DNA of 64,000 nucleotides, taken from assembly GCA_964187785.1 (NCBI GenBank), contig OZ076415.1, forward strand, positions 8,928,001 to 8,992,000, read 5' to 3'. Source of the stretch: Amphiscolops sp. MND2022. Taxonomy: Eukaryota. How positions within the stretch are numbered: the first letter of the stretch is position 1; every line of letters starts with the position of its first letter. Below the pieces are notes generated by a model. It ran no database searches, had not been told where the DNA came from, and saw only the letters and a list, made by a program, of their open reading frames with translations. The position numbers and the translations under genes are program-made. This document shows, piece after piece, positions 21,560 to 35,670 of the stretch.

Positions 21560-24500
21560 TTCAAGAGCCAATTCCCTCGTACGGAATGACAGTCACTGGC
21601 TCGGGAGTATCCATCTTGTCACTGAGTGCATATCAAAAGATTGCCTCTTCGCCTGCCCTCAGTCTCCTGCCTTACGATATCCAGCTTTGAGACGCGAATG
21701 GCAAGAGCATCAACACCATAGACGTTGCTTCCCACTGGGAAATCATGCCCTCAGAACCAACTTCATCGTAATCGCCGACCTTCAGGTCGCAGAGGACTTC
21801 TTGTTGGGACGCAACGTTCCTCGAACGTACAACGTTCGGTTCTCGTTGACTTAACCGCCATGAGGGTCACCATCAGAGACCCAAAGTCAACAAGACAGTT
21901 CAAGGCTGTGCATGAGGTCAAAGACCGAGAAGCATCCTTTGTAGTGTCGATGGAGGAAGTAGTGTTAGGTCCATTTGAGCGAAAGTTAGTAAGCGCTCAA
22001 GTAGTCACTCAACGAAGTTAGGAATACATATTCCGCAATGTAATGATACACCGAAAAAGTAACGATCAAACCTAAAACAGGGCGATCAAACCTAGGGCAG
22101 AACTAACCGCTTTTGAGTTAGAGCCCTTTTTAGTTAAAACAAAACTGAAGGCTTGCGCTCCCTTTTGAACTAGTCAATCGAATCAAAGTTGTTGATTTAG
22201 ATGATACTAATTCCGACTTCAGTTCTTCGCTCAAAACATTTTGTCTTCAACGGAAATGTCAGAGATAGGTCTATCGCAAAACGAAATACGCAAGAGAACA
22301 GACCCTCAATTGCTAAAAACAATTCTTGGTCCTGATCTCTCTTCTGTCCTTTCTTTTTGATGGGAAGAGGCGAGGGACCAATTAGCAAGTGTGTTAAGTG
22401 ATAGTGATGACCTTTTTCTGAAAAATAAAGCGTATATCGGGCGATGTAAAATTGCAAAGCATCGCATCGAACTAGAGCCAGAGGCTATACCTCACCGAGA
22501 GGAGGCAAGACGCATGTTTCCGGACAAAGCGGACAAAGCAAACCAAAAGGTGCAAAAGTTGCTTGCCCTAGATTTGATTCAATCTCCTACTCGCCAAGGG
22601 CTAGTGGGTTCCTCATGGTGAAGAAGAAGACATGCGAACTTCGCTTTTGCTGTGACTTCCGACTGCTGAATGATGTGACAGTGAAGGCCGCACTTCCATT
22701 GCCTAGAATAGATGAAGGCTTTCCTCGTCTTAGCATGGGCCTTCTGGGCGTGATCGAAGAAAAACCGGCTTCGTCTGTGCATTGAGTTTGTTTGAATGGC
22801 GACGCAAGCACTTTGCGCATATAAAAGTGTCAACACCCTATAAAAGAATCAACAGCGACACGAAAGTTTCGTCAATTGCATACATTGACGTCATTGTCTT
22901 CGCAATTGGAACTCAGTGAGAATTACCGAAGTGATTGAGTGTCTCAGAGAGGCAGGTTTTAGGTTGCAAGCTGACCTGAGAAATGTGACTTTTTGCGGAC
23001 AGAAACTGAATCACTGGGACGAGTAGTTTCAGCCGAAGTCAAAAAGCCAGATCTGGAAGCAGCGAGCAAGATCCCCAGACTGGATGCCTCCGAGAAACAA
23101 AGGGGAGCAACAAAGCAAACTACTATCGAGACTTCATTCCGTTTCACGCAGCCAAGGTACAACTTATGCCGGAGTTACGCAGGAAAAATCAGCACTTCTA
23201 CTGGAACGAGAAGGTCCAAGACGCATCCGATTCAGTGAAGCAAGCGTTAGCTGCCGCCATAGGCTCGGCAGCGTCGAACGAAGAACGACGATTCGCATTG
23301 GATACGGATACCAGTGCATCTGCAATAGCTGGGATCCTACACCAAGAACATGAACATAATGGAGATACCACACTTCGTCCCATTGTTTACGGCAGCAAAT
23401 GGCTGACGCGGACGCAACTGAATTATGGTGCAACGAAGCTGGAGATGTATGCAGTGTTCTAATTCATTGAAAAAATTCATTCATACCTTGCAGGTTGAGA
23501 CTTCCCGCTTCGTGTGGACAACCAAGCTTTCATGACTGAAGACTACCTCAATGGACCAAGCCATGATTGGACGTTGGATTACACGTCTCAATCAATACCA
23601 CTTCAAGACAGTTCACAGACCCTACACACAACATAGAAACGCTGTTCGCCTTAGCAAAAGGATCAATGACTATGTGCATTCGGATAAAGTCGACGAAACG
23701 TTGCCAGAAGTGAGCAAGGGTTTCAACTTCCCACAGAGGAGACTGACAAACATGGATGGCTCATACGCAACCACACGGAGCTTTCACCAGAAGCTCGAGT
23801 CCAGCTCCCCGTGCTGTACATTTTACAGAAAGAACCTAAACGGGGACCAGTCGTGGACCAAAATGGTGACACTACCCAATGGCGCCCATAAACAAAATTG
23901 GAAACGACTCCAACAGTTGATGAAGATGACAGCCATAACCGTATTCTTAGTGTAACCACCAAGGTGCCATCGGCACGTCTAGACACGACAGTACGCGACC
24001 AGCATTGCGCCGATTGCCCACGACGTTCCAGGAGCAAGCGGATGTCCTCAGATTGGTGGGAACAGAGCTACATTAACATCAGCTGAACCCAGCGTCGTCT
24101 GAAGGAGCTACATCTAGCTCAGAACGTGAGTCGTTCACAGTCTGGCACTGAAAAAATTGATGAACAAGGAACCACTGGAAGATGCCGTTTTCCCAGTGGA
24201 CGTTGAACGTGCAGGAAGTGCGTTAAAATCAACAAAAAAGGACCTGCTGTTCATTGAGCTGGGTGACCTACTATGCGTCAACTACGTCCTGCAACAACGT
24301 GCAATGCTCGTGCAACCATGTATGATTATCATGTTGCAACTATACAAACATGAAATCTTGTATTGGGCGCACGGGTGCGGACACCAGGGCGTAGGTAAAG
24401 TGTTAGCAGGAATCCAGGAGAAACACACCTGACCAGGCATCAAGCGTGATAAGGTCAACCATATTAAGCAATGCCTAACGTGCCAGTAGACAAAAAACCT

Positions 24501-25330
24501 AGCCTGGAAACCTTTGGAAGGCATCAATAGCAGCAACGTTAATGATCTAGTACAGTTTGACCACTTGAAGCTTTGCAAAATTGAGTTAAGAAACTTGAGT
24601 TTATAAACACAGTACTACTAGTCATCATTGATAATTTCACAAGTATTGCTCAAGCATTTCCATGTGCTCACGATGAGTACGACGCCCAGACAACAGCAAA
24701 AACTATCCTACAAATGGTTCGCCAGATTTGACACTCCTGATAGGATGCAATATGACAACGCAACAAACTTTACTGAAGATATAGCACAAGAACCCATGAA
24801 GGCGTCACAAGTCACCAAGGTTTCACTACTCACCCTATACATAGTCTATGCATCTCCCAGGATTATGGTGCTAGATTGGGAGAAGCACATAGATGGTGTT
24901 TTTTGATGCCTACAATTCGACCCGCCATGCAACTTCAGGGTTCTTGCTGTACATGCTCCAACATGAGTCGATATGCCAATCCCATTGTCGTTCATATACC
25001 CTGAGTTCGCAACCCGAGGATTTGAGTCCAAAGAAGAGTTTGTAGAACATCTACCAGCCAGACAACCCGAAACTGAAACTCATGAATTAGTCCGCACGAA
25101 TAGACATCAGGCACGATTGAAGCAAAAGTAAAAGTTTGACAAACATCTTAGGGCAATAGCGCCCGCCGTAGGTGATGCAATTTGGGAGGTTTGTCACATC
25201 ATCTCAAAGAATGGTATCCGCAAACTTATTCGCGCTTGACGCGGGCCTCATAAAGTCACAGACACTGCAATGGACGATTATACGTACTGAACACAGGCCA
25301 GAAGGTTTAGGTCCACTCGAGCGACTGACG
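21560..25330 (+). pseudogene. Gypsy pol pseudogene
   Basis: Protease remnants TGSGVSILS and FLLGRN; RT HRIELEPEAIP..LRFCCDFRLLN..LPRIDE; RH DTDTSASAIAGILHQ..YGATKLEMYAV; IN GHQGVGKV..CLTCQ and MQYDNATNF; many stops and frameshifts. Confidence 0.88.
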
Positions 25331-25899
25331 AAGCTTGTTCCTGCGCCTGGCGACTGGGCAGCACATCAACTCCTTCGGGTTGGACCAGAATGTAGCCGTT
25401 ATCGCTGACCCGTACGTTGAAGAAAGTCACGAGGAAATAGCATCTGATGTTTCGAGAGTTTCTTTTTTTACCGGAACAACTGCATGGTTCGAATTAGAAC
25501 TAACCCAGCCAGCCCCCCCCCCCCCCCCGCACGATTAAACTCGTATACAGACAGCTCTCGAGCAAGGGATACCACGTAGTAGGTTCAGTCAGTTTGGAGA
25601 CCCATCCGACTCGGAGTCTGACCGAACCACCGAAACCTGATTCACCCCTGCATGTAATTTTTCCTGAAGTAGACCACCTAGAACCACTGTAATTGAATCG
25701 AGAAAAAATCAGTCAGAAAAACCAATACGAAAATTGTTGCCTTCGCCTACAGGAATGTCGGAACGTCAAACCCGTCCATCGCAGACACACGTAGCAATTT
25801 CTCACTATTCAGTTCCCAGATTGGGAAATCAATAGGTCCAGAACACACTGTCAGAATGACTCTGAAGAAGAAACCGGCGGGGCAGACCAAGCGCCAGGT

Positions 25900-28487
25900 C
25901 CCAACCCAGTAAAACCTCCGACATCCAACAGAACCGCCAGTAGAAAGAGCTGACATAGAGGCCGACCACCAGGTCGTAGAAAAAGAAGTAGTACTTCATC
26001 AAGCAAGGAGAGCCTGAGAACTAGAACTATTAGAAGAGCTCCGTTGAGAACTTCAGATCGTGCCATGACATTGCCTAACAACCGGGGAGTTGCTCATTAG
26101 ATCAGCAGGATGCCGAACACGCAACTGCCTCGCAGGCTAAGCCTTATCAGTTGAGGGCTAAAAGAAAACCACGATATCGGTGTGGAACCTGCAGTTCTCG
26201 CTGCAGTAGTTGTGTCAACCTAGTCGAGAGTGAAACACCGGTCCAAAAATTGGCCCGGGGAGTAGACATCCCTCGAAGAGCCCACGAACTCTTTTCTGCT
26301 AAAACGTCAGAACATCCTCAGCATAAGATTCTTGCAATTCAACTATTAAAGCAGGAAGTTCCACCATGTGGTGATAAGAGTAGGAACGACGAATTCAAGT
26401 ATCAAACCAGGAGCGGTACAACCACTAGAGGCAACTTTGAAGTCGATGCATAATACCCCACCCTCGGACTGCCCTTTACATGACCAGAGCGATTTTGATT
26501 TCACAATCACCGCTGACATCCCGCCACTCCCATCATCGATAGTGTTTGGGAAGATAGATGCTAATGATGGAAAACAGAAAAATACGCAGCACCACTGCAC
26601 ACCAACTGGGAAAGATACGGCATTGATTCATTTCCAGGAGACGTATATCAACCAACCAATGGTTGGTGGCTACTAGTCACCTCCTTGTACGAATCATCAT
26701 CTGTGTCACCTATTTTCCGCTATTGATTTGTCTGGAAAACTTACGCTTTCCGACATACATATTCCGCGGAAGTTTTCTTAGCCAAGATTGGTTGCAATTG
26801 ATAGCAATCGTCTTCTGCCGACAAGCGAGGATACGCGTTCTAGACAATCAGACTTGTTCATTTGAAAAGCCAATAACGATACTTGAAGCACTTTCCATTG
26901 CCCAAGACGATGGCGAACTTTGGGTTTTTAACACCACCACCAGGCAAAGATCCGAGCAATACGACAAGGAAATGACAAATCACACAGCCATAAGTCAGAC
27001 CAAACCACCTGCTTTGGGTATCCTATGCTTCTACGGATATATTACAAGCGCACGGCACAGTAGTGTTATGTTTTCGTTACGTTATTCGAGAATGTGGACA
27101 AGAGGAAATTTTCAGGCAATGACCAGCACTAGGCAAAGCTTTGCACTTAGATCGACATTTGCATGCACCTTGGAACAATGACATTAGCCTGTTATTCACC
27201 AGAGCTTCCAATAAACTTCCGTTGTTGCTTGATGTTTTGCATCTGTACCTAACTGACCTAGCGAATATGCTTAATTGTAATCCAACCACAGAAGTACACT
27301 GCCCGATTTACGATCGAGAAAGTTTGATAATTATTTTACCATTATGGTACTCCTCACTGGATGATCATTTTTTAAATTCGAACCTTGAAATATTTCTTGA
27401 TGATGGAGTATACGTGTCGATAACATCAGTTAGTATAGCAAATAAAAGTACACGGTAAGTTTGTATCTAGCAGCTTGCGATGCCAGCGGCCTCTTTTTAT
27501 ATTGAATTTTGTTCCTAATGCTGATTAGTGTTTTTTATTTTGAGCTGATTCCATCTCTGCTACAGTTAAATGTTTCTAGTGGTAATCCAGTTATGTTCAG
27601 GTGTACCGGTGAAAACCGTTTTAAGACTCAATTGCAACCTGTTTTCGAGATTTGTCCTGTTTCATTGTCCCTGCGCGGCACACCTCCACTTCACCTATAT
27701 CACTACCAGCGAATTTAGGTGCTATCTTCCAGTACAAAACACGCATAGCACATTCTGATATGGTCCTAACTGTCTCTGGTGGCATTGGATTGTTAGTCCG
27801 CTCCGCGCGATTCCTTGTTGGAATCTGGCACGGATACGATGTAACCCATGGTATTGGTGGTCTTAGACCGCACCGAGCTTTGACGAGCCTCCCATGGATC
27901 AGGAACGCCCTTTCAGGATGCAACCAACAGCCATGCAACCATTAATAGTTCCACAACCCCCACCCGCAACTCAAGGCTTTTTGCCTACACCACTACCTCA
28001 AGACCTACCCAAATTTAACTGCCTGTGATACCCACCATCGATTCGCACCCCACCCATGCAACAGGCATCTCCCGGCATCCGCCTGTTGGTGCAACCAAGT
28101 TCAAACTTTATGCTTCCTTCTGCTTTTCAGGGGGGAGGTGAGAGTATAAACAGACCAAGCAAACGTCCACCAGATACCAACGAACGTCTGCAACTTGCAG
28201 TGGATGACCAAACACCTAGGAATGTAACGTTCCAAGTCTCCTGCAATGTAATGATGCCATCCACATCGAGCGACAAAGGACCCACAGTTGACACAGGTGA
28301 CACAGAACACCTAATAGGTTACCGAAACGATCCACAGCTAAAGGAGCGCCAACGACAGCAGCAACCTGCTGAAAGCCAGGCAGCCAATGCTCCAAAAGAC
28401 CTAAGGGCCAAGATAAACGCCAACGAAAGAGCAAGGGATCAGTTCCAGCAAGGGATTTGTTCTCGCAATCTGAGACTCAGCAATTGA
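25900..28487 (+). pseudogene. Decayed accessory ORF(s) 3' of integrase, function unknown
   Basis: Overlapping broken frames (26151-26453, 26368-26676, 26663-27181, 27141-27458, 28056-28487) are collinear with pol and carry no motif I recognise. Confidence 0.45.
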
Positions 28488-28719
28488 TTAGCCTTCATCA
28501 ATGTATTCAAAATTGTTTCACTTTATCCTCCCGTTTGCTATTGGGAAGAAATGGTGAAAGATATCCCTTAAACCTATAGCCATGGTTATGGTGATGCTTA
28601 AGGCGTTGTTCTTTTCATGTCTGCTACATCTGCCGTTGTTGATTGATAACGAAGCTCGACTGACGTCACTGTGACATGTTATCCCTGTGACAGGCTATTT
28701 AGATGTTGTTAGGGGCTTC

Positions 28720-29440
28720 ACAATGAAGATTTGGTGCTCTTTGAAAATATTATATTTGTTATATTGCAAGACTCGAACAAAACATTTTTGCTCCCGGACT
28801 TGGGGCTGTTCTTCTGTGGGTCCTTTGGGGTGGGAGTGTGTTCTCCCTGTTTGAGTTCGGGGTTACTAGTGTTCAAAATGGCTTTTCTCTCAAAGTATAA
28901 AGATATTGATCGGCTAGAAACAATGTGTTATGTAGCTACGACTTATCTTCGGGTCGTTCTTTAGAGTAGAACTGATTTTTACTGATCTTGTTGAAGTATA
29001 AAACTCTCTAGGTTCATTTCCCAAGGAGTTACCTTCTTGTTCCTTGTTGGATCAGTTTGGTTTGAATTTTAATAATTTTAGAAGTTCCTTTGGGATTCTG
29101 TTACGAGACTTCTTATTTTTGAAGGTATTTCTTCTTTCAAAGAGACTCTGAGTCCTTCCAGTACACTATTCTCTATTAAAGGGGATTTAGCTGAAGAGGG
29201 CAACGCAATTGAGGCGTCTTGGTCGCTAGACTACATTTTCTACCAAAATAGAGGAACTTATGAATTCAAAAACGTTTTCGGAGCTATCTTGTTGATTATT
29301 TTGTCTCTTCTGGCTTCTTGTAGGCACTTCGAAGACAAGATTTTGGGTTTTCAACTTGAATTGATTCTTGATTGTTAAATTTTCACAAAGAAGTTAAGAA
29401 TTCAAAGTTTACAGAAACCACTGATTGCCACTGACATGCC
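28720..29440 (-). pseudogene. 5' gag fragment of the same Gypsy family as 57.6-64 kb
   Basis: 28950-29420 aligns with 63530-64000 (e.g. TTTAGAGTAGAACTGAT..TTACTGATCTTGTTGAAGTATAAAACTCTCTAGGTTC). Confidence 0.8.
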
Positions 29441-31309
29441 AGTAAAAGACTGAGTCCATCGACAAATAAACTGCATTGTATTTATACCCTCCTAGCAGAA
29501 TTTGATCACGACTAAATCCATAATTTCCAATGAACAATTAGTCATTTCATGTGTTTTCGATGAAAAAAAACATTATGATTCCAAATTTGCTTCGACATTT
29601 TGTCAAATTTTAGGAAATGGCATTTCTAATCTAGTATTAGTCATTGACCATGATCATAAAACTTCATTCCGGCGTCCTTTTGTTTCCTCGCAAGCAAGAA
29701 GTAAATATTACTTCAGTCTCTCAAACCGGAAATGCTTCCATGTTTTGCTGCTCTGGTTCGTATGAAAAATGACGCAGATATGACGCTGACATGAACAACT
29801 AAAATCTGATTTTGAATTTTTTCTTGAAGAAATTTATGACTAAAAGCGTTTGCTTGAAAAATTCGGAGATGCTAAGATTATAGAGAAACTTGTTGGCAAA
29901 TAAAAGCACTTAATCTGGAGAGACGGATTATTTTACACAATCTTCAACATCTAAATTAATACCATTATTATGATATGGTTCGACGTGACAACGACGTCAA
30001 ATTAGATGAACGCAACTGGAACATTGAATTGCACTTTTTGCAAGTGAACATAAAAATCCACTTTTGGTGATATGATAAGCAATTAAACCCACCAACGTGT
30101 AATTGGAACATAGGATCAGTACGCTGGCATAGTAACAAAATATAAAAATGATATTAAAAAAGAGAGAGACATCATCAAAGTATTATTTCTAGCAAGTCAC
30201 ACCACCTGGCTTATTAGGCACGTTGTAAATTTGCCTTGACGCCATTAAAACATCTTAAATGACAGAGCATCGTCGACATTGATTTCAATCAGAGGTATTC
30301 ACATAAAACAACCAGGTTTATTAAGTAGCAAACTAACACATGTAAAAACATTGTGACACCCTTGGAAATAGTCATCAAAGAAAAGATGTTAACCATTACA
30401 AACTGATTGAAAACTTTGTTTATGAAAACGTCACTTTGTACAAAATAATTGAAATTTACAATAGACAGTATAGGCAAGAGTTCATATCACGTTTCAATGA
30501 AGAAAACTGTGACTTTCATCCAAACGATACGGAGAAATTTCTTTTAGCTTAAGCCTAAGCGCAATTTGAAATCAGCAAAATTCTTTTCCGTTAGGTCTGC
30601 GTCCTTTTTACTATTCTGATTGGATTGAAACAGCTATATTGATGGATTTTGGACGTAGCTTGGACGTAAACTTGGTATTGGCCTTCGTCCGCCATTTATA
30701 GTGGACACTGCTTGGACGTAAATTCAGATTGAAACGTAGGTAGCTGCCTTGACTGTGACTTGAAAGCGTCGACCAATCTGGAATACTCCTATTTAGCTGA
30801 CTATGTAGTAACACGTTGCTGACGACACGAAGAAAGCAATATTTGCATGTACTGCCTCAATTCTTTACTTAACGTTGAAAACACCATCCAAATTCATTTC
30901 AATTGTAGTTCGGCAACGGTGAAGCAGCTTTCCTCGGAAGACGTAACCCTTTGAGTGTGTATTCTCAATGTAATTTTTGTTTTACATTTGATTATGCTCT
31001 TTCTCAAGGATAATCTTTCATATGGTTTTCATCCAGATTAGTGTATGATCTTTATTTCAAGACGTGTAATATGTTAGATTTCAGGTGGAGAAAGTTTTTC
31101 ACTTCGACGTGGCTCAAACGTCTTGACCGAAACGCGTGAAATCATTTTAGCTCTTTCCGTTATCAGTATTTTTTTCATCTTGTGGTTTGCGCAAACTAGA
31201 CGTGTATCTATTGATATAGTCACTGCTTATTTTTCGAAAGTTTGAGTTTAATAAGCAAAATACCATCTAGGGAATCTTACCTTGAAACCGTGACCTTTGC
31301 CGATTCCTA

Positions 31310-32010
31310 ATCAATTACAGCAACATACCAGACCGGGAGCGGTCTGTGACAGGGCCAGACTCGTTGGGCGAACGCCTCTGCCGGATTGTCGGGGCAGAAA
31401 CGATATTTCTGGCGCGTTTACATTGGTGGTTGTTGTCTCGGCAGTATCCCTTCTTTCTTCCAGATCATTCAAGGGGCTTATTGGCTGGAAAGGTATCTTT
31501 CTCAGTGGACTCGGGGGAATGACAAAGTTTGAACTTAAAACTTCTTGATTGACCTGTTTTAGGTATTCCAGTACTTTGCTGCTGGTTTTAAATTCTTCGG
31601 GAGCCCCATGTTCTTCTACGACAAATATCTCCGAAATCAGACATTCATGAAGGATTTCGGGGCTATCCGGCAGTTTCTCGTCTTCTTGGGTTTCGATGAT
31701 CTCTGAGTCAAGAGAATCTCAGCTCCAGTTCAGCCTCATCCTCTTGCAATTTAACTGGAGAGAGTCCGCTGACACGTCAAAGTATTCTTCCTCGTCATCT
31801 ACGGCCTCCGCGGACGAGCGGAAGATTTCTAGCACCACTATGTAGTTGGGTAAGAAATCCCGAGGAAGGGGCGTCGAAGCCCTTTCAAGAATTCTGTCAT
31901 CATCTTCGCTCGACGAGATATCGATTAACTCGTAGACATTTTCGAGGCTGTTCATCTTTCTGCTGTAGCTGCTGTTGCCAGTTATAGATTGTTGAGCTGC
32001 TGATTAAGAC
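31310..32010 (-). pseudogene. Acidic, low-complexity ORF interrupted by one stop (31721-31719)
   Basis: MNSLENVYELIDISSSEDDD... continues in frame past TGA as DSLDSEIIETQEDEKLPDSPEIL... to about 31310. Confidence 0.5.
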
Positions 32011-32199
32011 AGTTGACTCTTTGGCAATGAGCTTAAAATTATTTAGGGTTATTGAAACTATTGAGATAAACCCTTTTATTCTAAGTGGGTAACAACCTTT
32101 CTGATCCCTTTTAATAACAGCTGTTGACATTACGCCACCTTCGTTTTCTTATAGGCTGCAAATTAAATATTTCGCTTATTCAAATTTTTCAACGTTTTG

Positions 32200-32326
32200 C
32201 TGACGTCAGTTTTTGTTAGCGATTGGCTAATTTCCGTATTTGTCACCGTTTTGATGACTTCAATTTTGTAGGGTATAGGAATTATTTTATCCAAATAACC
32301 TTTTTGTCACTGTTATGCTGACGTCA
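32200..32326. promoter_or_regulatory. Two CRE-type TGACGTCA palindromes and an ATTGG (CCAAT) box between divergent ORFs
   Basis: TGACGTCA at 32201-32208 and 32319-32326; GATTGG at 32221. Confidence 0.3.
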
Positions 32327-32617
32327 ATTTTGAAGTTTGTTTTCTTCTTTTTTTGTTTTCAGATTGCTATTTGGAATAACTTGTTCACGTCGTGTCGACA
32401 CTGGTATGCTGAGCGGCAACGAGACGGAATATGTATTCTCAGAAGGCGATGCGCAGCAGAGTGATGCAGATGCTGTCCGACGGACAGCAGTTGGTAGGTG
32501 TTATTCGCCAATCCTTTAGGCCTTTGTGAACAACATCTTGTACAGATAGGCTTTTTCTGTGATTTTTTATTATCACGGCTTAGATTTTCTGACGCGTCGA
32601 TGTGACAAAATATTTTA

Positions 32618-35547
32618 ATGCTAGGAATTTCCCCTCCTGTCGTCTCAGTTCCTGCTGCCTCAGGTCCGACCGACCCTTCTGCAGAATTTGCCGCGAACGT
32701 TGTTGCTCCGCTTGATGATGCTGCTACCGTTGTTGATGCTTCTCCGTCTCTAGATGAGAGTATTGATTTTCCCCTTGCTGACCTCCCTGTTGGACCTGGT
32801 GGGTCAGAGGATGCTGTTTGCCCTGTTTCAATAGTGGAAAGGGTTTCTCACGGAGGTGAGAGTGTTGGCACCCTGGTGAAGATAGACGAAACTCCAAGGG
32901 CGACCACACCAGTTACTGGCTATGAGATAGGGAATGTTGAAACTCCACGGTTTAGAGCTTTCTAGCCGGACTACAAAGGGTCTTGCAAAAAGTTGGAGAC
33001 ATCACGGGCACGAAAAAAGGGGTTAGTTGTTTGAATACTCAGTAACGTTTTCATCTGAGTGTTGTGAGTGCGTTTTGAATTTGATTTGTGGTAGTCTTTT
33101 TCCGCTGCTGAGGGATCTTGTGCAGGCGTGTCGTCCAAGATGAAACGTCGTGCCGGCAGTTCCGTAGGTGATCTGTGGGACCGAACTTTCACTGTTGACA
33201 GCAATGATTTTCCTTTCGTTATTTACAAGAGGGGAGGTTTGCTAGTATTGCGTGTTGATCAAATCTGTTTATTGTGTAGGTAGTGATGATGGTGTGACGA
33301 CGTGTGATCCTGTTGGCCTGTTCTTCTAAGGTACCGAATTGCTTGGCGATGTGGCCGAGTCAGAGAGTGAGCAGCGAGGCGGCGTTAGGCCTTTCATTAC
33401 TAGTTAGTTTTTCTCTACTTCGTGATGTCGTTTGAAACTGTTTAGTTCATACTCTTCGTGCCTCTTCTTTTGCTTCTCTTTTGTTTGGGTATCCATGGCT
33501 TCTGTGTGATTTTGTCTCGAGGATGATGCTTGTTGTAGAAATGCAGGTGTTGGTTTCTCCCAAAGAGAATGCTGGGACGAGAGGACGTGAACCCAAGAAA
33601 TACAGTAGTCGTCATCGGCTGCGTAAAGACATGAAGGGCGATCATTCTGTGTTTGGTCTCTTCGTCAGTGGTTCGAGCACTGGATCTGCCACTAGTTTCC
33701 ATTGCATGATATGTCGCCGCGACGTTTCTTTGCAGTCCCGAGGAGCCAGGGAGTTCACTCATCTTTTTTCTTCTGATAGGCATTGGCTCCGCGATGTTAC
33801 CTACCGAGTGCAACATGACCTGCCTGTATATATTCAATAAGGGCACCCACTCACCCTGACTGCCGAAGAGAGGGCGGATTATCTGGGTCGTGCCACGATC
33901 GAGAAGAGCGAGGGATTCAGTTTTCCTGAGGATTCGTTGACCTGTGTGATCGTACTGATTCGACGGTGCCACTGATGACCATGGTCAATTGCATTACGGA
34001 GTTGTGTCGTTGCGGTGGGTGTTATTCTCTTTTGAGAGAGTGTGTTAATCTCTGGGACAGTTTCGAGCAACACTGGTGTCGGGAAACCCTCAATATAATC
34101 TCCATTGGGACCGTTCGGAGACTCTGGTTAGTAATATTGTAGATCTTTGTTGATTGTTTTGTTGTTTGCGCATATTTGTCCTATTGTGGTTTTTCCCATC
34201 CTCCTCTTTATGCATTATGAAGTATGGGAATGTATTGTTGTGTTTGCAGTCGCTGATGTGTCGGGCCCTCTTCGCTTGAATTCTTCGCTCAGTAATCTCT
34301 CGAGCAGAAGCTTTCGGTGCTTACAGCGTGTCCTTTGAAGATCTTCTTGATGGTCAGTGTTGCGTGGTGAACACGTGGGAGAGGAACAGTCTTTTGGAGG
34401 TATGCATAAATATAGAGTCCCTCGGTCAAAGTGTTCCAGTCGCTGAATTGTCGTCACTTTTTTGTGTTGTGTGCCGTTTGTCAGAGGCCTCCCTTCCTGT
34501 TTGTCTTCGTTGGGTTAGCCAGTTTCTTTTGCGAGTGCTTATGAACGAACGTACTGATGACCGACAGTTTGTGCTTGCTCGTGGATTCAGTTCTGAAGTC
34601 TCCTTGCATTGCTACGGAGTGGCCCACCAAGAACTGATTGGAATGCTGGAAGTTACCACCATGGTGGACTTTTTGAGGCTGCGGTTACGTGGAGCTTCGC
34701 AGGATCCGTTGAGGGAGTGTACAACCTTTGTCGTTGATATTCGTGCACAGCCTCATGAATCCGAGATCAGTGTGGAGGATGTAGCTGACATTGTGACGTA
34801 CTTGCTGTCCGACTAGGGTATTATGTCTCGTCGGAGTTTCGTTCGTGTATTAAAGTTATGTTGTTTTATCAGTGAATGGCCCCAGAGGAAGTTACTTGCT
34901 GTCAAGATCAATTTGGGTGGATGTACAGTACCCGTTTCTATCATCATCTCGTGTGTTAAAGGCGTGCAAAGTTTTGTTTCGTCAACGAATTATAAACTTA
35001 AGGCATTCTTTATGCAGGGGACCATGAATAATGAACGCACTGCTCTTGCTAGTAGTCGAGATTTCATGCTCTCATCGTCATTTGACCCTTGAGAGGGCAT
35101 TTGTTCTGCGAGTCGGGATGCGTTTACTGTCCAGTATTCCTCTGCGTTTGCTGCGCGATTGGCTAAAAGGAAAAAGGGAGTCGACAAGCACACGTATGAT
35201 TCCGACCGTGAACCTCAGTCAGCTCGTGTTTCTGGTGAGTCAGCTTCGTCTTGCTCAGAGAGTAGAACTTCGACGTCCACATTGGTGTCCTTCGCGAGTG
35301 CCAAGTTCTTCATTTTGTATATCTGTTCTTGGTGGCTCTACGCTTTCAAGACGTGTTAAAAAAGGCTGTCAATACCACTTTGAGTTGTTTGCTGTGTCAG
35401 AAGCGGACTGAGAAGGACGTGGGAGCGGCATCTGGGAAAAATCTGAAAAAAGGTGTAAATAACTCTGGAAGGGAAGGAGAAAGGTCTTCCAAGCAAGTCA
35501 CAGGTAGCTCGTCAAAGAATTGTGCCTGTTTCCAAGGGTTGAAATGA
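32618..35547 (+). pseudogene. Decayed, probably multi-exon ORF with a BED/C2H2-like zinc-finger remnant
   Basis: FHCMICRRDVS...GAREFTHLFSSDRHW (in ORF 33481-33840) fits C-x2-C...H-type fingers. Flanking frames are broken. Confidence 0.45.
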
Positions 35548-35670
35548 GTGAAAACTATTATTATGGATTGGTGATAAACTCGCGTTGTTTATTTATTTGT
35601 TCTTTTGTTGGCTTTGTTTGTCTTTGAATGATTCTGTTTTTTTTTAGTTTTGAAAGTGGTAGACTTCTGT

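Larger units (their letters stand above)
21380..28700 (+). mobile_element. Decayed Gypsy (Ty3) LTR retrotransposon with an extended 3' region; LTRs not identified
   Basis: Frameshifted pol fragments in Pro-RT-RH-IN order followed by additional broken ORFs. Boundaries are approximate. Confidence 0.8.

Noticed and set aside
29450-31250. A defined LTR or PBS in the non-coding block (three TTGGACGTA motifs at about 30650-30720)
   Set aside because: There is no second copy in the window and no convincing termini or PBS, so boundaries cannot be supported.
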